64,000 nucleotides of DNA from the NCBI GenBank assembly GCA_951406725.2, contig OX597814.1, positions 145,266,001 through 145,330,000 on the forward strand. The letters are read 5' to 3'. The translations under genes and the position numbers were made by a program. Positions 11,761-24,602 of this stretch are shown here, piece by piece. The first letter of the stretch is position 1. Each line of letters opens with the position of its first letter. The notes below the pieces were generated by a model. It did not search any database and was not told where the DNA came from. It saw only the letters and a program-made list of their open reading frames with translations. This DNA comes from Octopus vulgaris (taxonomy: Eukaryota).

Positions 11761-12789
11761 ATATTCTTGCTACCAATTGCTTTATGTGAAAAAGACATTG
11801 AAATAATGAAAATTCAAATTCTCTTTTACTATTTTGGTTTACAAGAATCAGTCTGAATAAGCGATACAGTGTCGCTTATCTAAATTAGATAAATAAATAA
11901 AAAATAATTTAAAGTGTGCTGTAAATATAATTCCTGAAACATTCATGTCTTCAGAATTATCAGAAGAATATAACTGAACTGTTGTTATCTAATTTTCCAC
12001 TGAACATACTGATCTTTGGTCTCAGTTGATTAATGAAACCATAAATATTGATATGAGATTTTTTTTTCATTGAAAAGTTGCTTCGTATCAATTTTCACGA
12101 TAAAATTACGACTTGGCTGAATATTTCTAAATTTATCTGAAATAAACCTAGTTTTGTAATGCTGTTGTAGCAATGATTTAGCATATGCTAGCACACGATC
12201 GAATCGGCCTATTACATAATACATATAAATTGTGACTATTTCGTCGTTTTAGGAAACTATGAGCTTATATTTAATTAATGTATCCTTCATGCGAGTACGA
12301 CGGAGTGTGTGATTTCAAGGATAAGTGTCCTATATTAAACTACATTCAGTGCCCATGCAAGGGCTCACATATTGGTTGGATTCACGGTAAATTTCATATA
12401 TTTAGCAATCGAAATGTTTTTCATATGTAAAATTATTAAAACACACCAATGAAGAGAGAAGAATTGGAGCATGCGCGCACATTCTCACTACTAAAATGAA
12501 TATTTCTTTATGTATGTATGTAAGTATGTATGGTGTGACTGTGTGCTTATGTGTGCGTATACACACACACACACACATACACACATGCTATAACTTTTAG
12601 CTTTATGAGTGAGGTTCGATCATATTCTCCCACCAAAAATATGAATACATATACGTATTTGTGTTTGTGTTTATATGTCTGCCCGTGTGTTTGTGCGTAT
12701 ATGTGCGTGTCTTCGCATGCATCCATATGCAACTTTTATTATAAATTCATTTTTATCAATTCATTTAGTAGATAAGTATATCGAATATT

Positions 12790-12836
12790 ATCTATCTATC
12801 TATCTATCTATCGATCTGTCTGTCTGTCTGTCTATG

Positions 12837-12871
<35 letters not shown>

Positions 12872-12899
12872 GTGTCTGTATATCTGTCTGTCTATCTAT

Positions 12900-12969
<70 letters not shown>

Positions 12970-13034
12970 GTCTCTCTTTCTGTCTGTCTATCTATCTATT
13001 TGTATGTCTGTCTATCTATCTATTTGTCTGTCTG

Positions 13035-13083
<49 letters not shown>

Positions 13084-13084
13084 A

Positions 13085-13118
<34 letters not shown>
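12790..13118. repeat. (TATC)n/(TGTC)n microsatellite
   Basis: Directly visible. Confidence 0.95.
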
Positions 13119-13949
13119 CGTGGTTTATTACGTGTGTGTGTATTGTATGTGTATATATGTTTTTAATGGCAGCATATACCTTTAAACAGCATATAACCTT
13201 TGAATAGCTGTTACATACACAACACACCCACTCACACGCACGTGAGCATGCACACATTCAGACACACACATACACACAAATGTGCTCTTGAAAGGTGACA
13301 TATTGATGCGCACAACCAAGTGGTTCTGAGTTCGAATATATTCTGAGTATCTCCAGTTGATGCTATTTTTTATAAACTCAATTCAAACTATTCTTTATGA
13401 TTGAAACAGGTAGTCGGAAAACGTATAGGAGCACATCGGCTGGATTCGGCTTCTTATTCGAAAGGTGTAAATTAGTGTCACGTTGATTCTACTTGAGGTT
13501 TACATGAACATTCTCAGCAGAATCTGTGTCGTGCTATGGTTACGGAAACTCAAAAATCACAGAACGTTATACCAAGTTATGTTCCATTGAAAATGACTGC
13601 AGTAAATGCATACCTACCTACTAACTCAGTTTACACTCCATCATCTCTGTATGGCATACGTTTTATTCTGTGGTGCATAATCCAAAAAATACCAGATGGT
13701 CTGTGCTGGAAAGGCTGACATCGCATTACACAACAACAGCAGCCATTCAAGAATTTGGGCCATCTCCCAGTGATATCGGGCGTCAACGAAGAGCCCTCGA
13801 CTACAACAAGACGACCAAAGTTTTTTTTTCCAAGGTCTGGGGTCTCCCGCCCCTCAGCCCTAGACCATCACCTAATCACCCTTATCCGTCTTGTTGCTTA
13901 ACAACAACAACAACAACAACAACAGCATTAAGAGCAACATCAAATTAGA

Positions 13950-14372
13950 TGCGGGCGTGGCTGATAAGAAGTTTGTATCCCAAACACATGGTTCTCGGTT
14001 CAAGCTCCATGATGTGGCACCTTGTGCGAATATTTTCTACTATAGCCTCAATCCAACTAAAGTCTTGGGAGATGATTTGGTAGACTGAAACTGAAAGAAA
14101 CCCATCATATGTATGTATGTGTGTGTTTTTGTTTGTGTGTGTGTGTGTATGTGTGTGTATGTGTGCGTTTGTGTGTGCTTCTGTCTGTGTTTACATCTCC
14201 GTAACTTGGCGGTTCTGCAAAAGAGGTTGATAGAATAAGTACCAAACTTAAAAAAAGCAAAAAAAAAGCGTCAATGATAATTACCAGAGTCGATTCATTC
14301 GACTAAACACTCTTGAAGGCTGTGCGTCAGTATGGGCGCAATTTAACGATTGAAAGAAGTAAAAGGTAAAAG
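13950..14372 (+). mobile_element. SINE family B
   Basis: gcgggcgtggctg...tggtagactgaaactgaaagaaaccc (TG)n ...gatagaataagtacc...gaaagaagtaaaagg. Confidence 0.8.
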
Positions 14373-14719
14373 ATTAATAAAAAAAAGGTACATCCTGTCT
14401 AGTCAAGTGTTAGGAAAAACTGCTATTCAGTAACCTCTCAATCCAAAACTCACATCGCAAAATTTATAACTCCCATTAATCAAATGAGGTCAAAGATTGA
14501 CGTATTTAGTGGAAAATTAGATAGCAGCGTCTCAGTTATTGTCTTCTGGTAATTCTAAAGACGTGAATGTTTCGAAAAATTATATTTACCGCCCACACTT
14601 AATGGGGTTTCTATTTAGTTAATTTAGATAAGCAACATTTCCTTTATCCAAGCTGACCCAGCGAAGGCTAAATATAGTAAGAGTGAATATGATTATTTTT
14701 AATATTTCAATGAGTGTAA

Positions 14720-15105
14720 GGCGGCGAGCTGGCAGAAACGTTACCACGCCGGGCGAAATGCTTTGCGGTATTTCGTCTGTCGCTACGTTCTGAGTTCAAA
14801 TTCAGCCGAGGTCGACTTTGCCTTTCATCCTTTCGGGGTCAATTAAATAAGTACCAGTTACGCACTGGGGTCGATATAATAGACTTAATCTGTTTGTCTG
14901 TCCTTGTTTGTCCTCTCTCCGTTTAGCTCTTTGTGGGTAGTAAAGAAATAGGTATTTCGTCTGTCTTTATGTTCTGAGTTCAAATTCCGTCGAGGTCGAC
15001 TTTGGCTTTCATCCTTTCGGGGTCGATATAATAAGTGCCAGTTTTGTACTAGGGTCTATATAATCGACACCCCCTTCCCCAAAATCTGTGCCTAGTGTAG
15101 AAAAG
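14720..15105 (+). mobile_element. SINE family A dimer
   Basis: Full head GGCGGCGAGCTGGCAGAAACG. 17-bp TSD aatatttcaatgagtgt at 14701-14717 and 15106-15122. Confidence 0.92.
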
Positions 15106-15125
15106 AATATTTCAATGAGTGTCAA

Positions 15126-15310
15126 GGCAGCGAGTTGGTAGAGTCGTTAGAACCCCTGGAAAAAGTGTTTAGCGGCGTTTCGTTCGTTATTACGTTCTGA
15201 GTTCACATTCCGTCGAGGTGCACTTTGCCTTTCTAGATAATTTCGAAGTTAATAAAATAAAAATCAGTTGAGCACTGGGATCGATTTAATCGACTTAGCT
15301 CTTACTTTGA
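15126..15310 (+). mobile_element. Older SINE family A copy
   Basis: ggcagcgagttggtagagtcgttag...gttctgagttcacattcc. Confidence 0.8.
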
Positions 15311-15489
15311 AATGATTTTGTTGCTATCTTTAGCAGGTCGAGCGCCTGTTTGTTTGTAACCCTAAGTTTGGTTTAATGTTGTTTGTTTATGTTTACTTAC
15401 GTAGATATTTTTATCTCATTAACTGCTGCATACCAAGTGTCTCCCCTGTTCTATTACTTTACCCCTTGCAGTTATTCGCTGTCGTAGAT

Positions 15490-15624
15490 TCTATCTAACT
15501 ATCTATCTTTCTATCTATCTATCTATCTCTCTATCTATCTATCTATCTATCTATCTGCCTACCTACTTACTTACCAACCTATGTAACTAACTACCTGTCT
15601 GTCTGCTTGTCTATCCATCCATCC

Positions 15625-15688
<64 letters not shown>

Positions 15689-15730
15689 ATCTGTGTCTGT
15701 CTGTTTGCCTGTCCGTCTGTCTGTCTGTCA
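15490..15730. repeat. (TATC)n/(TGTC)n microsatellite
   Basis: Directly visible. Confidence 0.9.
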
Positions 15731-15734
15731 GTCG

Positions 15735-16000
15735 TTCTCAGTCCTGTACATAAGCTTACCTATTATTTCGGTCACGTTGAACCGAAAACGTGATTTCTAA
15801 CTGTGTAACCACAATTATTCTGCGGCTTATGTTTACATGTCTTGCTTTGTAAATAGTGTCAAAGTAATTCTCTTGGACCGAACTATAACATTTTTCATCA
15901 GTATGATAGCTGGTATCTTGAGTGGTTTTAGTCTCGAGTGTTTGTATTCTTTGTATGTCATTGTTCCTGCTACTGGAAAGTTAGTAAACATACATTCTCC
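15735..16000 (-). pseudogene. Possible integrase H2C2 zinc-binding (Ginger/KRBA2-like) remnant
   Basis: QENYFDTIYKARHVNI.RR...(frameshift) FNVTEII loosely resembles the 'FDII..AH...GH..R.....NVT..II' pattern. Recognised by eye only. Confidence 0.3.
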
Positions 16001-16409
16001 GCCTTGTTTGGAGATGTTGCCAACAGTGTTATTTTCCGTTAAGATCTCTTTGAACTGTATCGATGATCAAATATCTCTCCTCTCTTTGTTGTTTGATTGT
16101 TTTGTGTAATTGTCTAGTGATCTCGTGAATTATTTGGTATATTCATTACTTGAGGAATTCTGCGTCCGAATACATTTGTTTTATGGACATACATTGGTTT
16201 CAAATTTCGGCACAAGGCCAGTAATTTCGAGGGAACGGTTGAATTGATGATATCGACTCCAGTGCTCAGATGGTGCTTATTTTATCGACACCTGATGGAC
16301 ATATACTGGAGTGAATTCTCTTTCAGTTCGGGAGAATAGAAGAGATCCATTTTATATTTTTATCACCGTTTCAGTTTAAATTTAATATTTAAATGGAGTT
16401 AGCTTTGAT

Positions 16410-16670
16410 GTTGTTTGTTTGTTCTTTCTCGAGCCACGCCTGGCTCATAAGGGCCGGTTTCCCGGTTTCCTTGGAGTATAGGTTCCCCACCTGGACAGGA
16501 CGCCGGTCCGTCGCAGGTGAGCTTCAAGATTCAGGAGGAAAGAGTGAGAGAAAGTTGTGGCGAAAGAGTAAGCAGAAGTTCGCCATTACCTTCTGCTGGT
16601 ACCGCGTGGAGCTTAGGTGTTTCGCTCATAAACACACACATCGCTCGTCAGGTCTGAGATTCGAACCCGC
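16410..16670 (-). mobile_element. SINE family D (Ceph-SINE-like)
   Basis: gggttcgaatctc...gtttatgagcgaaacacctaagctccacgcgg...ctctttcgccacaactttctctcact...(AAAC)n tail. Sister copy at 38820. Confidence 0.75.
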
Positions 16671-17199
16671 GTTTGTATTGTCATCATCTCACAAACAGCT
16701 GAAATGAGCTTTGTTACTGAAAATTATAACGATGATGATAGTGGTGGTGGTGGTGGTGGTGATTGTGAAAAGTAATTTTTATTGAACTAATTTTTTTTTA
16801 TATTAGACCATCGCTTAACGCATGCGTATAAGTGCAATTATTTATCGTTTGTTTATTTAAAAAAATTAATATCCAATATTTATAAGGTTTAATTTAGTCT
16901 AAATTTTGGATTCACAAGAAACACGGTTGCAATCTTCCCGAGAAAGAATGTGCAGATAGGGAGCACGGATCTGAGAGGAAGAGCGAGATATAATATAAAG
17001 AGAAAAAAGGCGCTACTGAGGGAGAAGTGAGAAAATGAATGCAGACGAAAATCTAGTACATTTAAAGAAAACTAAGCTATGAATGCTATAAAAATGCAAA
17101 TCATTCTTTCTTTCTTCAATAGGCCCTCTTGATTTTTTCATTCAGTGGAATTTACACAGGTTCCCCTTGTATATATGATTTTATAGTTTACTGTTTAGT

Positions 17200-18760
17200 T
17201 ATTAGTAAGATCAACCAAAACACATTCCACTTAGTGAAAGACATCATTGAATATATAAAATATTTAAATACCAGCTGCTATTAGTTTCATGCTGTTGAAA
17301 TACAATAATTCACTACGTTTATATATCATGTCTTGAGCTTCCAAGCTTCCTTCAGGTTTCAATATATTACATGGCTAGTCTTACTTGAAAACCGAGAAAG
17401 GACGTGAAAACACGAGAGAAGGTGAATGCAAATGACGGAACGCGAAAAAGCACATCGAGAAGACAAAAGGTAAATAAAAACGGATATAGAAAGGAACTAA
17501 AACTAAAGCTGGGCGCCACCCCCACCTCCTTTGTATGTCGAATTCATAGTTAACATAGCAGGTTCAGAATAATTTAACGGAGGCCAAAGTCTGTAAGAAA
17601 GCTTGTGAAATCCGAAGAGGGTGATGTCCTCCAGTTCGACAAAATAAATTTGTTCATATGCTTACATTTGCTAAAACTTTCGGATCTGCAATTAATTTGT
17701 GCGGTGGAAGTCCTTGATCTAAAAAGAATGTGAAATCTTCAACTGCAATATAGATTGAACCTCTTTCCATTTACATATGACGGGGATTTCCTCACAAAGT
17801 TCCAATTAATTCTTAGTGGTGTGCAGTTGATTTTCTGATCTCCTATATGGCAAGCCTACTTTATGGTTTTATTGTTGTCTCTGTGTCGGAAAGAAGTCTA
17901 GTGGTTTGCGTGTCTTTTTCTGTTAAATGACGTCTTCGCATAAACAGACGTAATTTTTCTTTTGTGTTTCCTTATTTTGGAGCACTATTGTAATTTCAGC
18001 CTCTTAAACTGTGGTTATTAAGATTGCCTGATCGAGAGGGCAAGCTTCATGAGAGTGGGTTCTTGGTGTGGCTTGCGACTGATAATGTCTTTTGTATTGG
18101 GGCAGCAATTGTATGAAATTGTTATCGAACGACTAATAAGAATTTTCCCGTCATTACGGTTTATTGCCAAATGCCTATCTAATAATGCCAGGCATTTCTG
18201 CCTATGTTGGTTTTAACATTCAAACAGAAAGGTGGGGGCGAATAATATTATTTTAGGTTTCATATTTTCAATTGAATGTATGTATCATATGTTATCTTAG
18301 AAGCCGGCGTTAGCCAGGGCATTAGGACTGCCCTATCAAATATTTCCTTAGAAGAGGAAAGATAAGATATCCAATTACTGTATTTGCCACCAGGTTTTTA
18401 AACTCTATAGGCGTAACTGGTGTGTATGTGCATGCGTATAAATGCGTGTGTATATGTGCATGAATGGGTGTGTACTTGTGTGACTAATTGCTTTATTGAT
18501 ATCGTTTTATTTATTTGCTGAATTTCTGCTGGTATCCTTTCTACATCCTGCGTTGATAAATGTATTTGAGTTTGTTCAGTTTATTCTAGATTTCAGCTGT
18601 ATGTATATTTTTGTAGCTTTATCATGCATTTTTATGGTTTGATATACGAAGAAACAACTTTTGATATCGTTATATATTGAAGCTTAACTGGATTTTATCG
18701 TTTTTGTATTTTAGAATTTCTTTGGCACGATAATATTCAATGTACATCGACGAATATATG
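17200..18760 (-). mobile_element. Penelope-like element remnant (RT C-terminus, GIY-YIG, 3' region)
   Basis: Frameshifted translation LSSSKEIFD...PPF..NVKTNIG...ISYNCCPN..IIS...RHANH*TSFRH...INW...INCRSE.FSKCKH, typical of Penelope/Poseidon C-termini. Confidence 0.75.
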
Positions 18761-18894
18761 ACAAATGACTGGTAAAAAGCATATAAACTGGATAATGTCG
18801 GGTTTTCAATATGAGGTTTTCAAAAGATTAGTCCCTCTTTTCTCTATATATCTATTCATTTATACAAGCATATGTGTGTTTACTTGTATATGTG

Positions 18895-20075
18895 GAAACC
18901 ATAAAAATCCTAAAGCTTTCTATAAATTCGGAGAGGAAACAGTCACAATACAATATAAAATAGTAGGGCAATTATTCCAAGAGAATGACTCACTGACCGC
19001 AGACCCACGAAGGATAAGTGAAATACTCTGAACAATTTAAAAGTGTCTTCACTTCCATGCTTGGACACATGCAGATAAAGAATCAGGCTGAATTCTTTAA
19101 TACTGCAGTTCTAAAAAAGGAGGCGTCAACCATCGATTACATCAACATAGATGTAACAACGACGATAGAAGAAATGAGCTCATGCTCCCCAACTGGTCCT
19201 AATGGCTTCCCAGCTATTCTCCTCAAGTCATGTAAGTAGGCTTTAGCGAAACCACTTCAGATACGTTTCCAGAGTTTCCTTGCAAGTAGTAAACTTACTA
19301 AATATACTAAAAGAAGGCATTATATGCCCCATCCACAAAGGTGGAAGCAGAGCAGAGGCCAAAAACCTACAGGCCAATATATCTGACTTCACATATCCGT
19401 AAAGTCATGGAGCGAATCGTCAGAAAGAAGTTGATAATGTTCTCAGAAGAAAATGATTTATTGAACAATGCACAGCATGTCTTCTGTCCCGGAAGAAGTA
19501 ACCTCACACAACTCCTACAGCGCTATAACTGGGTTTTGAAACAACTGCTTGACCATTCAGATGTCAGCGTGATATACCTTGAATTTGCAAAGGTATTTGA
19601 TAAGGTAGATCATGGCATGATATGTCATAAGTTGCGAGACCCTGGCATTGCTGGTAAACTGAGAGAGTGGCTACACGACTTCCTTAAAGACAGAAATCAG
19701 GTAGTCGCAGCCATTGGTGCCCTTTCTGAGGAAACTCAAATCTTAAGTGGTCTCCCGCAGGGAACTGTTCTGGGGCCATTAATCTTTATAACAGCCCTCT
19801 TAAACATGCCCACGGTCATTGGGCAGTCACTGAGAGTTATGCCGAGAGTTATGCATTGTACTGTACCAAAGGTACCAGGTACTGAAATACTCTAAGGTTC
19901 AAAGACCTACAGCTCTTCAATGCCACAAAATTTAAGAAATCTGCAGAAGGTGGAAGTAGATGTCTTCATAAAGGAACTAGACTTCCTCCTCTCTACAATA
20001 TCGGATGAACCAACTGCCCCACATGAGGTTTAGATGAGGGCACCGGAATGAAACCCCCTTACTCATCAAATGGGA
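18895..20075 (+). mobile_element. CR1/L2-group LINE ORF2 remnant with internal deletion
   Basis: NPKAFY, GPNG..AILLK, YRPIYLTS, QH.F..GRS, YLEFAKVFDKVDH, SGLPQGTVLGP. The sequence jumps from the YA(D) codons at about 19845 to the 3' end (HCTVPK...LDFLLSTISDEP). Confidence 0.9.
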
Positions 20076-20619
20076 TGACAGCCGGGACGGGGGCACATAC
20101 ATGAGTGGTGATGTAATGCACCCCAGACTGAGTATTTGAGTGGGTGATGGTATGCGCGTATATTCACATAATATGGAAATTGGAATTAAAATCCCGAATC
20201 ACACTTTCGTTCCCCCAGCTATTGTTTGACTGTAATCCTCACCTGATCAGGAAATATGTCACTGGATAATGGGCTAAATTACGTACACTCTTACTTGTAA
20301 TATTATTTTTGAATACGCTGAATGTTATAATCAATGAAAGGGACAATTGAACGCAGAAAAAACATTAAAGTATGATCAATTTACTGCACGTAGATATTTA
20401 GAGATGTTTCACTTATTTCTTGGAAAATGCATGAAATATAAAAATCAGAGTAACGATTCAGTGAGCGTCATCTCTCTATTAAAATACATACATTTTATGC
20501 ATTCAATAGTCGTTTTCCAGTTCTTTTTGTTCCATACACAATCCACATTTTCAGACACACTTGTGCACATATACGTCGCATACACACACACGCACGCAAG
20601 CACTAGTCTCTCTGTCTGT

Positions 20620-20791
20620 CTATGTATGTATGTATGTATGTATGTATGTATGTATGTATGTATGTATGTATGTATGTATGTATGTATGTATGTATGTATC
20701 TATCTATCTATCTATCTCTCTCTCTCTATATATATATACATATATATACATATATATATATATATATATTCCCCCTTCTCTTTCTGTATAT

Positions 20792-20882
<91 letters not shown>
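20620..20882. repeat. Compound microsatellite (TATG/TATC/TA/CA/TG)
   Basis: Directly visible. Confidence 0.95.
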
Positions 20883-22329
20883 AGTCCATATGTGAAGTTG
20901 ATAAGTCAATTACAAACTTTTCGCGAATTAGCAATCTCAGCATGTAACCAAATCTTCACAGATGTATGTACATACTACACAGAAGCCGTGACCTACAACT
21001 TTAATTCCATTGTAAATCTAAATCCAATGTCTGAAATATATGCTCTCCTCGGATCATATTCAAAATAAATTTGTCTGATATAGAAGACATGCCACTGTCC
21101 AGAATCTCTCATAGCAGGTTGTAGTTCGTACGCTTCAGGTCAAATTCCAGTACCCTGTTTTAAAAATCGATATCATCAAGGAACTTTATGAAGACTGTTA
21201 TATTGCTATTGTTGTTGTTGTTTATTCACAATCCAGTCATAATGGAGCAGGACTGTGACAGAAATCATTCCATCTGTGATCAACTGTTTGTATTTCAATA
21301 TCAGAGCTTTTATTGTCCAAAGTGTTCATATTTATTGGAGATGGTTTATATGATTAAAATGAGAATTGACTACTACCTTTAACAGATTGATTGATTGCAT
21401 GACGTCGTATTCATGAAATAACTGTTGTTATTATTTAGCTTCAGGGTCGCCCAGGTGAGATATGCCTATGACTAAAGCGAACTAATGGTGAAGTTTTTTT
21501 TTTATTTTACAAATAGTCGAAGAAGCAAGCCTCAAGTTAGCGTCCAGTAGCAGAAAATCCATACACCTGTCCAGTATTGCTGCATGATATTTGGTGTCGC
21601 ATTTCAGTCAACTTCAATACATCTAGAGAGATAAATAATCTTGAAGAATATTTTCAATAGAAATGTGCAGCCCTTTACACGGCATACTCGACAAGAAACT
21701 ATTGAAATAAACTCATTACCCTAACTATATGAAATAATTTTAGTATTACTTCAAAATCATTCTTAAAGTCCATGCAAAAGACAATGGCTACTGTTTTACT
21801 CCTTTGGCTAAACTATATAAAATTGAAATGAAAATCTTTTATTATTACCAACACTGCTTATCAACTTGTTTGTGTTATGCCACTTAACACTTATTAGGTA
21901 ATCCCACTTAACGATAAACATAGAAAGAAGTATATTTTATCAGGCTCGATAAATACCCATGAATTGAATTGCATCGTTTGCAGAGGTATCAAATACTTAA
22001 AATAAAAGAATCAGAATGCCTCACTAAATATATTACAGTACATTGCAAAGTGACCGAAAATATGTTGATTCAATCGTGTACAATCATGACAAAACTGGTT
22101 TTCCATTGCAAGGAAACAAATATATAACTGAAAAAAAAAAAGGGAAATTATTGTAGTACAATGCGTTTAGCTTTTGTTGATGCTTAACTCCAGATAAGGT
22201 CTGATTGAGAAAGCTTCGAAGGAAAGCATTTTTTTAATAACCATTTCGTCATAACTCTGATATACATACAAACAGACATATACATAAATGCATAGTAATA
22301 TACGTGCTATTTCTCACACACAGACACGG

Positions 22330-22624
22330 ACATGTATGTGTGCGTGTGTGTGTCTATTGAAAGACAGACAGAGAGAGAGAGAGAGAGAGGGGAGAGAGAG
22401 AAAGAGAGAGAGAGAGGGAGAGAAAGACAGAGAGAGAGACATGTAGTAGTTAATGTGTTATATGTCCATTACTCAGAGTTTCATTGGGGCGAAGCCACTT
22501 GTCTAATCGTACAGAGACCCGCTGTCTCTCTCGTTTTGGGAGTTTGTTGTTTATTTGTGTGTGTGTGTGTATGTGCATGCGCGCGCGCGTGCGTGTCCGT
22601 AGATATATATATATATACATACAA

Positions 22625-22660
<36 letters not shown>

Positions 22661-22860
22661 TGTATATCTATATATAAATTTATATATTTTAACGTAAGCA
22701 AAGATAAAATATATTTATTAAAAGTATGGTTGCAGCTTTGGTTCCAATTTCATGTTTGTGCGTGTGTCTGTGTATGTATGTATGTATGTATCTATGTATG
22801 CGCATACGCACCCAAACACACGCAAACACACGCACACACGCACACACACACACACATATA
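22330..22860. repeat. Microsatellite cluster (GA, TG, TA, CA)
   Basis: Directly visible, interleaved with short unique segments. Confidence 0.85.
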
Positions 22861-23304
22861 AACACAGTCGGGCAAAGCGTGAGAGACGTGCGCAAGAGAA
22901 AGACATGAGAGTTAGAATCTGTTGCTAAATGAGGAAGGTGGGAACGGCAACATCTAGGATTGGTTTATATATAATGAAATCTAAAAACGAAAAAAAACAA
23001 AGAAAAGAAAAAAAAAACGAAAAACTATCTGGAAATGTTTAGGTTACACAACGATTCTTCTTTTTTTGAAACTTATCTTTATTCAAAGAATACATCATCT
23101 TTCTCACAACGAAAAAGAAATAAGCTTCTGCGAAAATTAATTCCAATGCTGATATGTACATTTTATATGATAACTCATCCATCAATTATGACAACTATAA
23201 ATAAATCCTAAGTTTTCTATTTCACACATTACAACTTTCTCTCAGTTTCGATTTCTCTCCGTTAAATTCACTGCTATTCTCGAAAGACGTCCAATTTGTT
23301 TATA

Positions 23305-23474
23305 CGTATGTATGTATGTATGTATGTATGTATGTATGTATGTATGTATGTATGTATGTATGTATGTATGTCTATGTGTGTGTGTACATATGTATGTATG
23401 TATATATACATAAATACAAATATATGTGTATTTATATACATATATATATATATATGTATATATATATATGTATG

Positions 23475-23516
<42 letters not shown>

Positions 23517-23661
23517 CATATCTATATCTATCTATCTATCTATATATATATATATATATATATATATAGATAGATAGATATAGATATGTATATACATATA
23601 TATATGTATACGTACAGTCACATACACACGCACACACACACACCTACACACACACACATAC

Positions 23662-23726
<65 letters not shown>

Positions 23727-23745
23727 CATATATTTATATATATGC
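23305..23745. repeat. Compound microsatellite
   Basis: (TATG)n, (TA)n, (CA)n. Confidence 0.95.
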
Positions 23746-24469
23746 ACAGTCACACACATTCCTACTCACAGAAAGTCTCGCGGAGGCAATTATACGCAGA
23801 GTGAAAACCACGTTCTCACGGAGACATACGCACCAAAGAAACACATGCATGCATGCATACATGTATACATGAAACGTAGTTTTCTGGTCTCTCGTTTCTT
23901 TCATTAGCATAATCATAATCGTCAACGTCGACGTTGTTTTGTTTAGTCGTCGTCTTCGCCTCCGTTGTCGTTATCCTCATCATCTCCATCATTACCATCT
24001 CCTTTTATTTTTATTATTCTCTATATCATTTATGTTAAATCATCATCATCCCCATCCGCATCCTCGTCATTTTCCATGTCATCGCTGTTATCTTCAATGT
24101 TCACGACAATGACGGCGGTGACAACGACGCCCACCTACCTTCCCTCTTCCCTCTCCTTATCATCATCATCATCATGATCACTTTTTTTTTCTATTCTTAA
24201 TATCGTTTGCAAAATTTTGTATTTCCTGCTGTTAGTAGCGATCTCTGATATCTGAAGTTCAGTGCCACACGGATCTGTTTACTTGTCCTTTGCCTGCTCT
24301 TCTGACAATCACTCGTGACAAATGACGTGCCAGTTAAATACAGGTATTCCTGTATTTATATATCTACTTTAAATCTGACCAGCAACTTTCTGAATAGCAA
24401 GGCCCCCAACTTTTCGCGGTTTCCAAAGTAGCACTTTCGTTACCTGGTCATGTCGCCACAACTTCTAGT

Positions 24470-24602
24470 GGCAGAACTGGACATCCTAGTCCAGTCTGTC
24501 CGGATTTTCTCCACTGGTATAAGATGGAATTTTGGCTCTCAAAATATGCTACGATGCTGATGAGACGAGGAAAACTTGTCAGAACAGAAGGCATATGTTT
24601 GC
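24470..24602 (+). mobile_element. R4/Dong-type RT fragment in opposite orientation
   Basis: ELDILVQSVRIFSTGI/MEFWLSKYATMLMRRGKLVRTEGICL, the post-YMDD 'MEFGL.KC..KRGK' segment. Confidence 0.7.

Noticed and set aside
19341-19895. 184-aa reverse transcriptase ORF as a functional gene
   Set aside because: Fragment of a frameshifted CR1 copy lacking an intact YADD.
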